DNA from: Candidatus Marinacidobacterales bacterium
GTDB taxonomy: Bacteria; Acidobacteriota; Vicinamibacteria; Marinacidobacterales; SMYC01
NCBI GenBank assembly: GCA_965224085.1
Contig: CBDCYI010000009.1
Span: 416,001-480,000, forward strand
Direction of reading: 5' to 3'
Length of the DNA: 64,000 bases
The notes under the pieces are model-generated. The model ran no database searches. It was not told the origin of the DNA and saw nothing but the letters and a program-made list of their open reading frames with translations. Positions 11,095 to 19,967 of the stretch are shown here, piece after piece; the first letter of the stretch is position 1, and every line of letters begins with the position of its first letter. A program made the translations under genes and the position numbers.

Positions 11095-11634
11095 GTGAAC
11101 AACCACCGCCTAGAAGGCGGTGGCTTCAAGGGCTGTCAATTGGAAATTGACTGTCGTCGTGAAGAGGCTCGCCATCCTGGGAGTCTATGTACTCCTTTAC
11201 CATCTCGTCCGTTATGCTTCCTGAACTCACCGCCAGATATCCTCGGGCCCAGAAGTGCCGGCCCCAAAACTTCTTCCTCAGGTGAGCAAACTCCTGAAGG
11301 AGTACTCGGGAGCTTATTCCTTTTAGCCACTGCACGATCGTACTCAGGTCCTGGTGTGGTCGGTAGGATACGAACACGTGGACGTGGTCGCGTGCAACCT
11401 TACCCGAGATTATGTGCAGCTCATGTTCCATCGCGATCTGACGAATCAGATCGCGCACACGAACCGCTACTGGACCGATCAAAACCTTTTTACGATATTT
11501 CGGTATCCAAACGATGTGCGCTTTTAGGTCCGTTTTCGTGTGCGCTCCGTGCCTGTAGTGACGCACGCGACCACAATACCACGATCTTCTCTTCGCCTAA
11601 AGGCGAGGGGTTTCGACCATCCCCGGAAGAGACA
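11095..11634 (-). mobile_element. IS200/IS605-family element (tnpA only), copy 1, 540 bp
   Basis: Subterminal hairpins CCACCGCCT/AGGCGGTGG and TCGCCT/AGGCGA. On the minus strand it is inserted 3' of TTAG and ends in TCAC. Near-identical to 25779-26319. Confidence 0.92.
11126..11566 (-). CDS. tnpA: IS200-family Y1 HUH transposase TnpA
   Basis: HIVWIPKYR, DHVH (HUH), LKGISS, FWARGY and VKEYI motifs. Confidence 0.93.
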   Translation of the reverse strand: MRHYRHGAHTKTDLKAHIVWIPKYRKKVLIGPVAVRVRDLIRQIAMEHELHIISGKVARDHVHVFVSYRPHQDLSTIVQWLKGISSRVLLQEFAHLRKKFWGRHFWARGYLAVSSGSITDEMVKEYIDSQDGEPLHDDSQFPIDSP

Positions 11635-11887
11635 CTAAACTAACCAGCTTCACACGGGGCGGTTCCGGCTACGTCATCAAAAAAAAATAACCACTCTGGT
11701 AGTGCAAAGTGGCAGGATCCCCGCCGGTTCGTTGAATCGGGATCCTGGATTGAAGGAGATCCACGTTGTTGGATCAAGAATCCGTAACTTTGGAGATATT
11801 CGAATGAACACCCACCAACTGTCGCTTTGGACGGCGTATCTTATTGAAAAATCTACTCAAACTAATCTCAACGGAGAAGTCTTGAAT

Positions 11888-11904
11888 CGGAACAGGGCTT
11901 GCAT
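11888..11904 (+). promoter_or_regulatory. Candidate sigma54 -24/-12 promoter for the TBDR operon
   Basis: CGGAAC-AGGGC-TTGCAT, with GG (11889-90) N10 GC (11901-02), about 100 nt upstream of the TBDR ATG. Confidence 0.45.
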
Positions 11905-12004
11905 GCCAGATTCTTCTTTAGTATCGATATCGTATCCGACGGCATCGACACGTCCCGGCCCAGGGACCACGGAGCCCCAGAAGCCGAGACTAAGGAGTAC
12001 GTAA

Positions 12005-14815
12005 ATGAGACGTTATATCACTTTCCCACAAATTTTTACAGCACTTATAGCGTTGGCGACCTGCGTCAGCTTGACGCCAGCGCTTTACGCTCAAGTGGCA
12101 TCGTCCGGGGTCTCGGGAAGGGTCACGGACGACACCGGAGGGCTCCTCCCCGGCGTGTCGCTGACCCTGACCAACGTGGCCACCAACCAGTCGCTAACGG
12201 TGGTAACCAATCAGGACGGATTCTATCGGTTTGGGAACCTTACGCCCGGCAACTACACGTTCGTGGCCGAACTCACCGGGTTTGCCACGTACAACCGTGA
12301 CGAGTTCATGGTCAATGTCGGAGGGGGGGTCGACCTGAGCTTCGTGATGCAGCTCTCATCCGTCGAGGAAACGGTGACGGTCACCGGCGAATCGCCGATC
12401 ATCGAGATCGCGAAAACAGACATGAGCACCGTCATTGGCTTGCAGGAAATCGAGACCCTCCCCACCAGCAGCCGGAATTACCTCGACTTCGCGCTCCTCA
12501 CCCCGGGCTCGGTGGAGAACAACAGCACGACCGGGCAGGGCATTGGTTTGAACATTGGCGGTGCCCGCGCCAAGGAGGGTGCCCTCCTGGTGGACGGATT
12601 CTGGAACACGGACGAGTCCTTCACCTTCGTGCGGCTCAAGTATAGCCAGGACTCGATTGCCGAGTTCGAGGTCGTCACCTTGGGAGCTCAGGCCGAGTAC
12701 GGTCGTGCCATCGGCGGCATCATCAACGCTGTCACGAAACAGGGCGGCAATCTGGTCACCGGCTCGGGATACGGGTTTTTCCGGAACAAGAGCTTCAACT
12801 CACAGGATCCCCTGTCGCGAGATCGGGGCGCCGAGAAGGCGGAGTTCGACCGCCAGCTCTATGGGGCAAGCTTCGGAGGCCCCATCGTCCGCGATCGCAC
12901 CTTCTTTTTCGGCTCGGTGGAGCGCGTACAGCAGGATACGCCGCTGGACAACAGCATCACCGCAGAGAATGCGGCCATTATCGGCTTGCCCGCGGAAGAC
13001 GTGGGCTCCATCGACAGGCCCCTCCGGGACACGTTCTTTATGGGGAAGGTCACCCACCAATTGAACCAAAATCATTCGATTCAGGGCAGCTACGTCTATA
13101 CCAAGGACTCGTTTATCTGCTGCTCAAACGCTTTTCGCACGCGATCGCAGACCTTCAATCTGAGGTCAACGGACCAGGCCTTTCAATTCCAATGGACCGG
13201 CGTCACGCGGGAAGGTAACTGGCTGCATCAGCTCCGGGCCTCTTACTTTCCGCGCGATTACAATCTGCAAAACCCCGACCTAGGCGGCCCTCCGCTGACG
13301 GCGGACGGGGAGCTCAGGTCAAGCTTCGCCCCGTCCGTGAACATCTCGAGTGTGGCTCGGTTCGGTAGCGGCAAATTCACCCTCGCCATGGAGACGCGCC
13401 CTTACCACATTACCTACAACTCCACCATCTTCAAGGACAATCATAGCTGGAAGTTCGGAGTGGACGGTATGTTCGTGGGCTTCGACTACATCCGCAATCC
13501 GGGACCGCAAACGGGATCTTACACCTTTCGCAATATCGATGATTTTCAACGAGGCGCGTACAGCCGTTACACTCAGCAGTTCGGGGAGCCGCTGGTGGAG
13601 CGCTATCACTCGTACGTTGCTTTGTTCCTGCAGGATACGTGGAACGTGAACGACCGCCTGACCTTGAACTATGGCATTCGCTACGACGTGGAGTTTCTCT
13701 CCGAGTTCAAGGGCCAGAATTACGGCGAAGACTACGGCAACATCGGTCCGCGGTTCGGCCTCTCTTACGACCTCACGGGCGAAGCGAAGACCCTGTTCAA
13801 GTTTGGCGCCGGCCTCTACTACGATCGGATATTCCAGAATCCCATCACGCCTACTTACTTCGACAACAAGGAAGTGGGTATCCAGGTGGGGGCCACCTGG
13901 ACCCCAGGCACGCCCGGCGCTCCTACCTATCCCAACACGTTTCCCAACGATTTGCTTGCCAGCGGGACGCTTCCGCTGAACGTGCGGAACGTGCACATCG
14001 TTCCCCCACCGGGCGGCGAGCCGGGCAACATGCAAGTGCCGACCTCTTTTCAGCTGATCACCACGGTGGACCATGCCTGGAATGACAACTTCGCTTCCAG
14101 CGTGAGCTTCGCCTATACCGACTCCTGGGACAAAGAGCTCTTCTTCGATCGAAACTTGGCGTTCGACGAGGCAGCAGGCCAGTTCATCCGGCCCGACCCC
14201 AACTTTCGAAGGATTAACCAGTATGTCTATTCCGGAATAGCGGAGTATTTCGGTCTCATCCTGGAATCGAAGTATCGCGCCCGCAATTTTCGAATCGGCG
14301 GCCACGTGACCTTCGCGGACGCGACGGACCAGCTCCAGAATGCAATCAGGGTCCCGATCAACGACGTTCGTTTTCCGGAGTTAGATATCGGCCCGATGGC
14401 CGACACCCCCACCGTCCGAGCCGTGGTCTACGGCAGCTGGGATATCAACACCTACAACGCGGTCTCTTTCATCTATCAGGGTCGTACCGGCTATCGGATC
14501 GACCCGCGTGTAGGCGGTGGGTTCGACCCGAACGGCGACGGAACATTCAACGATCGCACCCCGGGGCTTTTGCGGAATAGCTTTACGGGAGGTGGCGTTC
14601 AACATGTATCCGCCCGTTACACTCTTAAGGTTCCCATCGACAGGGGGCGGGTGGAGTTCACGGTCGAGGCGTTCAATCTCTTCAACCGGGATAACCCACT
14701 TGGATTCAACAGCCAGTATGGGCTAGACGCCGCCAATCCGCTCCCGCAGTTCGGAACCACGACGGCTTTCTTGAACCCCCGGGAAATCCAGCTCGGCGTC
14801 CGGATCGCTTTCTAG
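12005..14815 (+). CDS. TonB-dependent receptor with N-terminal carboxypeptidase-regulatory-like domain (Oar-like)
   Basis: Signal peptide, SGRVTDDTGGLLPG, VEETVTVTGESP TonB-box-like motif, LPTSSRNYLDFALLTPG plug, LQDTWNV..LTLNYGIRYD, and C-terminal REIQLGVRIAF; RBS AAGGAG. Confidence 0.93.
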   Translation: MRRYITFPQIFTALIALATCVSLTPALYAQVASSGVSGRVTDDTGGLLPGVSLTLTNVATNQSLTVVTNQDGFYRFGNLTPGNYTFVAELTGFATYNRDEFMVNVGGGVDLSFVMQLSSVEETVTVTGESPIIEIAKTDMSTVIGLQEIETLPTSSRNYLDFALLTPGSVENNSTTGQGIGLNIGGARAKEGALLVDGFWNTDESFTFVRLKYSQDSIAEFEVVTLGAQAEYGRAIGGIINAVTKQGGNLVTGSGYGFFRNKSFNSQDPLSRDRGAEKAEFDRQLYGASFGGPIVRDRTFFFGSVERVQQDTPLDNSITAENAAIIGLPAEDVGSIDRPLRDTFFMGKVTHQLNQNHSIQGSYVYTKDSFICCSNAFRTRSQTFNLRSTDQAFQFQWTGVTREGNWLHQLRASYFPRDYNLQNPDLGGPPLTADGELRSSFAPSVNISSVARFGSGKFTLAMETRPYHITYNSTIFKDNHSWKFGVDGMFVGFDYIRNPGPQTGSYTFRNIDDFQRGAYSRYTQQFGEPLVERYHSYVALFLQDTWNVNDRLTLNYGIRYDVEFLSEFKGQNYGEDYGNIGPRFGLSYDLTGEAKTLFKFGAGLYYDRIFQNPITPTYFDNKEVGIQVGATWTPGTPGAPTYPNTFPNDLLASGTLPLNVRNVHIVPPPGGEPGNMQVPTSFQLITTVDHAWNDNFASSVSFAYTDSWDKELFFDRNLAFDEAAGQFIRPDPNFRRINQYVYSGIAEYFGLILESKYRARNFRIGGHVTFADATDQLQNAIRVPINDVRFPELDIGPMADTPTVRAVVYGSWDINTYNAVSFIYQGRTGYRIDPRVGGGFDPNGDGTFNDRTPGLLRNSFTGGGVQHVSARYTLKVPIDRGRVEFTVEAFNLFNRDNPLGFNSQYGLDAANPLPQFGTTTAFLNPREIQLGVRIAF

Positions 14816-14846
14816 GAGCTCTTGGTTGGGTTGAAGGGAGGTCGTC

Positions 14847-15259
14847 ATGCCGGTCACGCGCCGCAGGTTTCTCACGGCGGCCGGCGTGATACCTCCCTTC
14901 GACGATCTCACCTCCTCTGACCGGGCCGGCGGCCAGCTTCTCGAGGAAAGCTTCGAAAGCGGAACGAGGCCGAGATCGTGCTGACCCTCGTCGGGGATTT
15001 TTACCTGATGAGGGAGTTTCCCGATCATGAGGAGGCCGCCGCGGAACAGGGTTTTGACCTGTTCCCAGGGTCGCACCTTGCCTTCATAAGCCTCGGGAAC
15101 GGTCTTTCCACGGCGGAGGCGAGTGGGTTTCCGAGCGTCGATTGGGGAGGCGGTCTGCGGGTCCCGTCGCTTCGCGGCCACCCCTCGTTCGTCAAAGAGC
15201 TGACCTGGTCCGGTGTCAACGCCGTTGCGCTTGCCAACCATCACCCGGGAAACACATGA
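14847..15259 (+). pseudogene. Truncated, frameshifted 5' copy of the CapA-family gene at 17078
   Basis: Homologous to about 17078-17505 (TRRRFL, LTLVGDFYLMREFPDHE, SLRGHP, NAVALANH), with deletions. Confidence 0.85.
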
Positions 15260-15276
15260 AATGGCAGGTTAGTGAG

Positions 15277-15409
15277 GACATGGTCGTGGTAGGGTAACCC
15301 GCTGTTCAACATCGTGGCGCTGGCGGACGTGGAAATCGTTGTCAAAGACGGAGTCGTGTACAAGGGCGGTCCCGGAGGCCGGGGGCGGGTGACCGAGAGC
15401 GAGCCATAA
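15277..15409 (+). pseudogene. Orphan 3' end of an A4-like amidohydrolase
   Basis: Encodes GNPLFNIVALADVEIVVKDGVVYKGGPGGRGRVTESEP*, nearly identical to the A4 end at 16809-16925. The downstream spacer is also shared. Confidence 0.85.
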
Positions 15410-15548
15410 AGAGCTTGGTCCGCGGAGCGGAAAGCGGCGGTCATGTCACCCAGCCAAGTATCAGCCAAGCCATGAAAATGCAAGGTCCGTGAAAGAGCCG
15501 ATATTTGGATGCGGTTTCGGTGGAGCTTTCCGGAGAGGAGGAAGCACG

Positions 15549-16925
15549 ATGAGGAGAGAACTTAGGCGCCTATGGCTGTCTCCGTTGATGGTGTTCATCT
15601 CGGTGGCCGCCATTCAGGCTCAGCCGACGAAGAAGCTAGCGCTTGTTGGCGGGATGCTGCTGGATGGGTACGAAGTGCCACCGGTACACCATGCCGCCAT
15701 CCTGGTTGAAGACAACAAGATCGTCGAAGTCGGGCGCGCCGCGGAGATGACCATTCCGCCCGACGCCACGGTGATTGACACGCGCGGCCGGGTGATGATG
15801 CCGGGGCTCATCGAGCTCCATGCACATCTGATGCTCCTCGGGCATGGGAACTACGCGCGGTGGTTCCCGTGGCAAGCGGAGCAGGGGCTCGGCGAGCGCA
15901 CGATGGAGATCTCCGCCAAGCAGTTGCTGATGGCGGGAATTACCTCGGCGGCGGATATCGGAGGTCCGCTGAAGGAGAGCTTGAGCGTCCGCGACCGCAT
16001 CAACAAGGGGGAGATTCCGGGGCCGCGGATGTGGATGAGTGGCCCCTGGATCTCAACCACACCCTGGCGGCTTGGGGGTTTGTCCATGACGTGGCCGGGC
16101 ATCGAGACCCCGGAAGACGCGGCACGGGCGACGGAGGAGCTAGTGAGAGCGGGTGTCGATCTGATCAAGGGGCAAAGTGGCCTGTCCTTCGAGTACTACA
16201 AAGCCATGGTCGAGGTAGCGCACAAACACGGCTTGAAGGTCCACGCGCACGTGAACATGCCGCAGGAGGCGCGCGACGCGGTCGATGCCGGGTGCGATGT
16301 CCTGACCCACGTCGGCTACGACAGGCCGGCTTACGATCCCGAGCTGGTGAAGGACATCGTGGTGAAGGGTATTCCCGTCAATGTCACGGCAGCCTTCCGC
16401 GCCTGGGTGTTTCCGGCGACGATTGATTTTCCGGAACGGCTCCAGGACCCACAGCTGAAGAAGGACTTCGGGCCCGAGATTTACCAAGAGGTGCAGGATT
16501 CCTTCAAGAGCTTTCATACGCTGAGCTACTTCCGCACCACCAGCGAGCGGGAGATGTTGTTCAGAGAAGCCTCTGTGAAGCAGTGGATCGATTCCGGGGC
16601 GGTGGTCGGCATGGGCACGGATTCCGGAACACCCATGAACTTCCATACCGAAGCGCTGTGGCGGGAGATGAAGGCGTTCGTCGATCTCGGGATGTCGCGG
16701 CAGCGGGCCATTTCTGCGGCGACGCGCATCAACGCGCGGATCCTGGGCAGAGGGAGCGACCTCGGGACGATCGAGGCGGGCAAGCTGGCGGACATCATCG
16801 TGGTGAAAGGCAACCCGCTGTTCAACATTATGGCGCTGGCGGACGTGGAAGTCGTTGTCAAAGACGGGGTCGTGTACAAGGGCGGTCCCGAAGGCCGGGG
16901 GCGGGTGACCGAGAGCGAGCCATAA
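15549..16925 (+). CDS. Secreted amidohydrolase, paralog A4
   Basis: ATG 15549 after GAGGAGG; signal peptide IQA|Q; ELHAH, IKG, HAH, TH and GTDSG motifs. Confidence 0.9.
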   Translation: MRRELRRLWLSPLMVFISVAAIQAQPTKKLALVGGMLLDGYEVPPVHHAAILVEDNKIVEVGRAAEMTIPPDATVIDTRGRVMMPGLIELHAHLMLLGHGNYARWFPWQAEQGLGERTMEISAKQLLMAGITSAADIGGPLKESLSVRDRINKGEIPGPRMWMSGPWISTTPWRLGGLSMTWPGIETPEDAARATEELVRAGVDLIKGQSGLSFEYYKAMVEVAHKHGLKVHAHVNMPQEARDAVDAGCDVLTHVGYDRPAYDPELVKDIVVKGIPVNVTAAFRAWVFPATIDFPERLQDPQLKKDFGPEIYQEVQDSFKSFHTLSYFRTTSEREMLFREASVKQWIDSGAVVGMGTDSGTPMNFHTEALWREMKAFVDLGMSRQRAISAATRINARILGRGSDLGTIEAGKLADIIVVKGNPLFNIMALADVEVVVKDGVVYKGGPEGRGRVTESEP

Positions 16926-17007
16926 AGAGGTTCGTCCACCGGGCGGAAGAGGCAGTCATGTCATTCCAGCCAAGTATTCGCGTAGCCATGAAAATGCTAG
17001 TTCGGTC

Positions 17008-17046
17008 CCCAAGGAAATCGCGTTCCGTATCCGGGTCGCTTTCTAG
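17008..17046 (+). pseudogene. Orphan 3' end of a TonB-dependent receptor
   Basis: Encodes PKEIAFRIRVAF* versus PREIQLGVRIAF* at the end of the intact TBDR. It is followed by the same GGGTTGAAGGGAGGTCGTCATG leader into capA. Confidence 0.75.
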
Positions 17047-17077
17047 AGGCTGTCGGTAGGGTTGAAGGGAGGTCGTC

Positions 17078-18376
17078 ATGCCGTTCTCACGCCGCAGGTT
17101 CCTCGAGGCCACCGCCGCGGGCGTGATACCTCCCGTCGCCGGAATCACCTCCTCTGGCCGGGCCGGCGGCCAGCTTCCCGGGGAAAGCTTCGAAAAGCTC
17201 CGAAAGCGGAACGAGGGCGAGACCGTGCTCACCTTCGTCGGGGATTTTTTCCTGATGAGGGAGTTGCCCGATCACGAGGCGGCCGAAGCCGAACAGGTTT
17301 TCGACCTGTTACGAGAGTCGGACCTTGCCTTCGCAAACCTCGAAAACGGCCTTTCCACGGTCGGTTCGCCAGAGGCGAGCGGCTTTCCCAGCGTCGACTG
17401 GGGGGGCGGCTTGCGCGGCCCGTCGCTGCGCGGCCACCCCTCGCTCGTCAAAGAGCTAACCTGGGCTGGTGTGAATGCCGTTTCGCTGGCCAACAATCAC
17501 ACGGGAAACTACGGTCGAGACGCGCTCCTGGAAACCATGACGACGCTGGACGGAGCCGGCATCCGCTACGCCGGCGCGGGACGGAACGTGGAGGAAGCTT
17601 TTGCGCCTGCATACCTCAGCGTGGGCGGCTTGACCGTGGCATTTCTATCTCTCTACAGCTATTACTACCAGTATGGTGCGGACGAGGTCGCAAGCTCGAC
17701 CGAGGCCGGTGTCGCCTCCTCGCGGACCTTTGATGTCCTGCTGCAGGTGCCCTCGGGTCTCGAGAGCAGGTATGTGAATCCGAACCATGACGATCCGCCC
17801 TACCAGCTTGGTCTCCAGCCGGGCGGCTCGCACGCCGTGTTGGCTCCACTCAAGGAAGATATCGATCGCATGAGGGACGCGATCTCCCAGGCCCAGGCCC
17901 GAGCGGATTTCACTATCTTGTCGGTGCACTTGCACTGGGGCCGGAGCGGCAAGCATGACCTCCCCTTTCAACAACGGGTGCTGGTCCAGGCGGCAATCGA
18001 CGCGGGCGTGGACCTCTTCGTGGGGCATGGCCCCCACGTGCTGGGGGGAGTGGAGACCTTTCGCGGAAAGGCCATTGCTTACAGTATGGGGAACTTCATG
18101 CTCTCACGCGCGAGCGCGCCCGAGCAGAGCGGGAAGCTCTCGTGGGCTGCCCTAGAAGGGCAGCCCACGCGCCAGAGCGTGGTGCTGCGAGCAACGGTGA
18201 AGAAGAAAGAGGTCGTTGCCCTCGAGCTTCTGCCCATTGTGATTGGCGCCGACGGCCGACCGCGCTTCGCGAGGGGTGCGGGCGGTCAGCGCATCGTCCA
18301 AAAGCTCATCGGTCTCTCTGCTCAACTTGGAACCGAGATAGAAGAGACGGACTGGTTTGGGAACGTCCGTGTATGA
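17078..18376 (+). CDS. CapA/PGA_cap family metallophosphoesterase-fold protein with Tat signal
   Basis: SRRRFLE twin-arginine motif; VGD, ANLE, SLANNHTGNYG, HLHWG, GHGPHV and YSMGNF motifs. Confidence 0.9.
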   Translation: MPFSRRRFLEATAAGVIPPVAGITSSGRAGGQLPGESFEKLRKRNEGETVLTFVGDFFLMRELPDHEAAEAEQVFDLLRESDLAFANLENGLSTVGSPEASGFPSVDWGGGLRGPSLRGHPSLVKELTWAGVNAVSLANNHTGNYGRDALLETMTTLDGAGIRYAGAGRNVEEAFAPAYLSVGGLTVAFLSLYSYYYQYGADEVASSTEAGVASSRTFDVLLQVPSGLESRYVNPNHDDPPYQLGLQPGGSHAVLAPLKEDIDRMRDAISQAQARADFTILSVHLHWGRSGKHDLPFQQRVLVQAAIDAGVDLFVGHGPHVLGGVETFRGKAIAYSMGNFMLSRASAPEQSGKLSWAALEGQPTRQSVVLRATVKKKEVVALELLPIVIGADGRPRFARGAGGQRIVQKLIGLSAQLGTEIEETDWFGNVRV

Positions 18377-18425
18377 CCCGCTGCAAGCGGGAGACGAAAT
18401 CTTAACAAGGAGGAGGGGAGAGAAG

Positions 18426-19793
18426 ATGCGAGTAACGATTCGACGAATGTGGATGTTTGTATTTGTTTTTCTGTTCTCCGTTGCAACGCTGTTGGCGCAG
18501 CCGAAAAAGCTGGCACTCGTGGGCGGCATGCTCTTGGACGGGTACGACGTGCCGCCCGTGCACCACGCCGCGATCCTCATCGAGGGCAACAAAATCGTAG
18601 AAGTGGGACGCGCCGCCGAAATGAGTATTCCAAGCGACGCCACGGTGATCGACACCAGCGGCCGTGTGATGATGCCCGGTCTCATCGACCTCCACGCGCA
18701 TTTGATGATCCTGGGGCACGGGAACTACGCGCGGTGGTTTCCCTGGCTCGCCGAGCACGGAGCGCAGCGAGTGATGGAGGTCTCCGCCAAGCAATTACTG
18801 ATGGCTGGCATCACTTCAGCGGTCGATCTGGCCGGTCCACTGGAGGAGAGTCTCGCCGTGAGGGACCGAATCAACAGGAATGAGATCCCCGGCCCGCGCA
18901 TGTGGATGAGCGGCCCTTGGGTCACGCGTTCTTTGGGCCGCTATCCTCCCGTGCCTGCGTTTCAGATCAAGGCGGAGACCCCGCAAGAGGCTGCCGCCGC
19001 CACGGAGAGGCTGGCAGAGGCCGGAGTCGACCTGATCAAGGCCTACCCCATGAGCTTGGAATCCTACAAGGCTGTCGTAGAAGCTGCCCACAAGCACAAC
19101 CTGAAGGTGCACGCCCACGTTTACCGTCCCCAAAACATCCGCGATGCAGTGGATGCTGGGGTCGACGTTCTCACTCATGTCGGCTCAGCCGGAAACCCCA
19201 CCTATCCCCCAGAACTGGTGAAGGATATCGTCGTGAAGGGGATTCCGGTCAACGTCACCGCGGCGCACCGGGTGTGGGTGTTTCCGGCGACCGTCGATTT
19301 CCCGGAACGTTTGCAGGACCCGCAGCTCAAGAGGGACTTCCCACCGGACATTTACGAGGAGGTCGAGAACTCTCTCGAGAACTGGCACACCCTGCCCTAC
19401 TTCCAGACGTCCGACCGGCAGATTTTCTTTGGGAAAGCGGCGCTCAAGCAGTGGGTTGATTCTGGCGCCGTCATGGGAATGGGCACAGATTCGGGAACAC
19501 CGATGAATTTCCACACTGAGGCTCTGTGGCGCGAGATCGTCGCACACGTGGATGTAGGCATGTCTCCCGAGCGAGCCATCTCCGCCACAACGCGGATCAA
19601 TGCACGGATCCTGGGGAGGGGAAGCGACCTGGGCACCATCGAAACTGGCAAGCTGGCCGACATCATCGTGGTGAAGGGAAATCCCCTGTTCGACATCATG
19701 GCCTTGGCGAACGTCGAAGTCGTTGTCAAGGACGGGGTCGTTTACAAGGGCCGCCCTGGCATCGGGAAACGACGACCGACCAGCGCGCAATAA
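18426..19793 (+). CDS. Secreted amidohydrolase, paralog A5
   Basis: ATG 18426 after GGAGGAGGGGAG; signal peptide LLA|Q; DLHAH, IKA, HAH, TH and GTDSG motifs. Confidence 0.9.
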   Translation: MRVTIRRMWMFVFVFLFSVATLLAQPKKLALVGGMLLDGYDVPPVHHAAILIEGNKIVEVGRAAEMSIPSDATVIDTSGRVMMPGLIDLHAHLMILGHGNYARWFPWLAEHGAQRVMEVSAKQLLMAGITSAVDLAGPLEESLAVRDRINRNEIPGPRMWMSGPWVTRSLGRYPPVPAFQIKAETPQEAAAATERLAEAGVDLIKAYPMSLESYKAVVEAAHKHNLKVHAHVYRPQNIRDAVDAGVDVLTHVGSAGNPTYPPELVKDIVVKGIPVNVTAAHRVWVFPATVDFPERLQDPQLKRDFPPDIYEEVENSLENWHTLPYFQTSDRQIFFGKAALKQWVDSGAVMGMGTDSGTPMNFHTEALWREIVAHVDVGMSPERAISATTRINARILGRGSDLGTIETGKLADIIVVKGNPLFDIMALANVEVVVKDGVVYKGRPGIGKRRPTSAQ

Positions 19794-19835
19794 TTTGAAA
19801 GCTCAGTGTACCGCGGCGGTTCCAGTAGCGTTGGG

Positions 19836-19890
19836 GACGCGGTGGTTTACAAGGGGGGGCCCCGCAAGGCCAGCGCAGGTGACGGATAAC
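19836..19890 (+). pseudogene. Second orphan amidohydrolase 3' remnant
   Basis: GACGCGGTGGTTTACAAGGGGGGGCCC reads DAVVYKGGP, echoing the family terminus DGVVYKGGP. Confidence 0.5.
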
Positions 19891-19967
19891 GCTAGAAGTA
19901 AGAGCAGTCGCAACATAGGTCGGGCGAGAGGTCTTGTCCGGAACTTCTTAGAAGAGGAGGAAATCTG

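Larger units (their letters stand above)
9749..11637 (+). mobile_element. ISNCY/IS5-like DDE insertion sequence, internally deleted, with an IS200 inserted in its right TIR
   Basis: The left end TAGTACCCGTCCTGA pairs imperfectly with the reconstructed right end TCTGGACAGGAA|CTA. A 7-bp direct repeat AACTAAC sits at 9742-9748 and 11638-11644. Confidence 0.75.

Noticed and set aside
11095-11634. TnpB/IscB or omega-RNA associated with the IS200 elements
   Set aside because: The element is only 540 bp and almost fully occupied by tnpA, and no RuvC-like ORF is adjacent.
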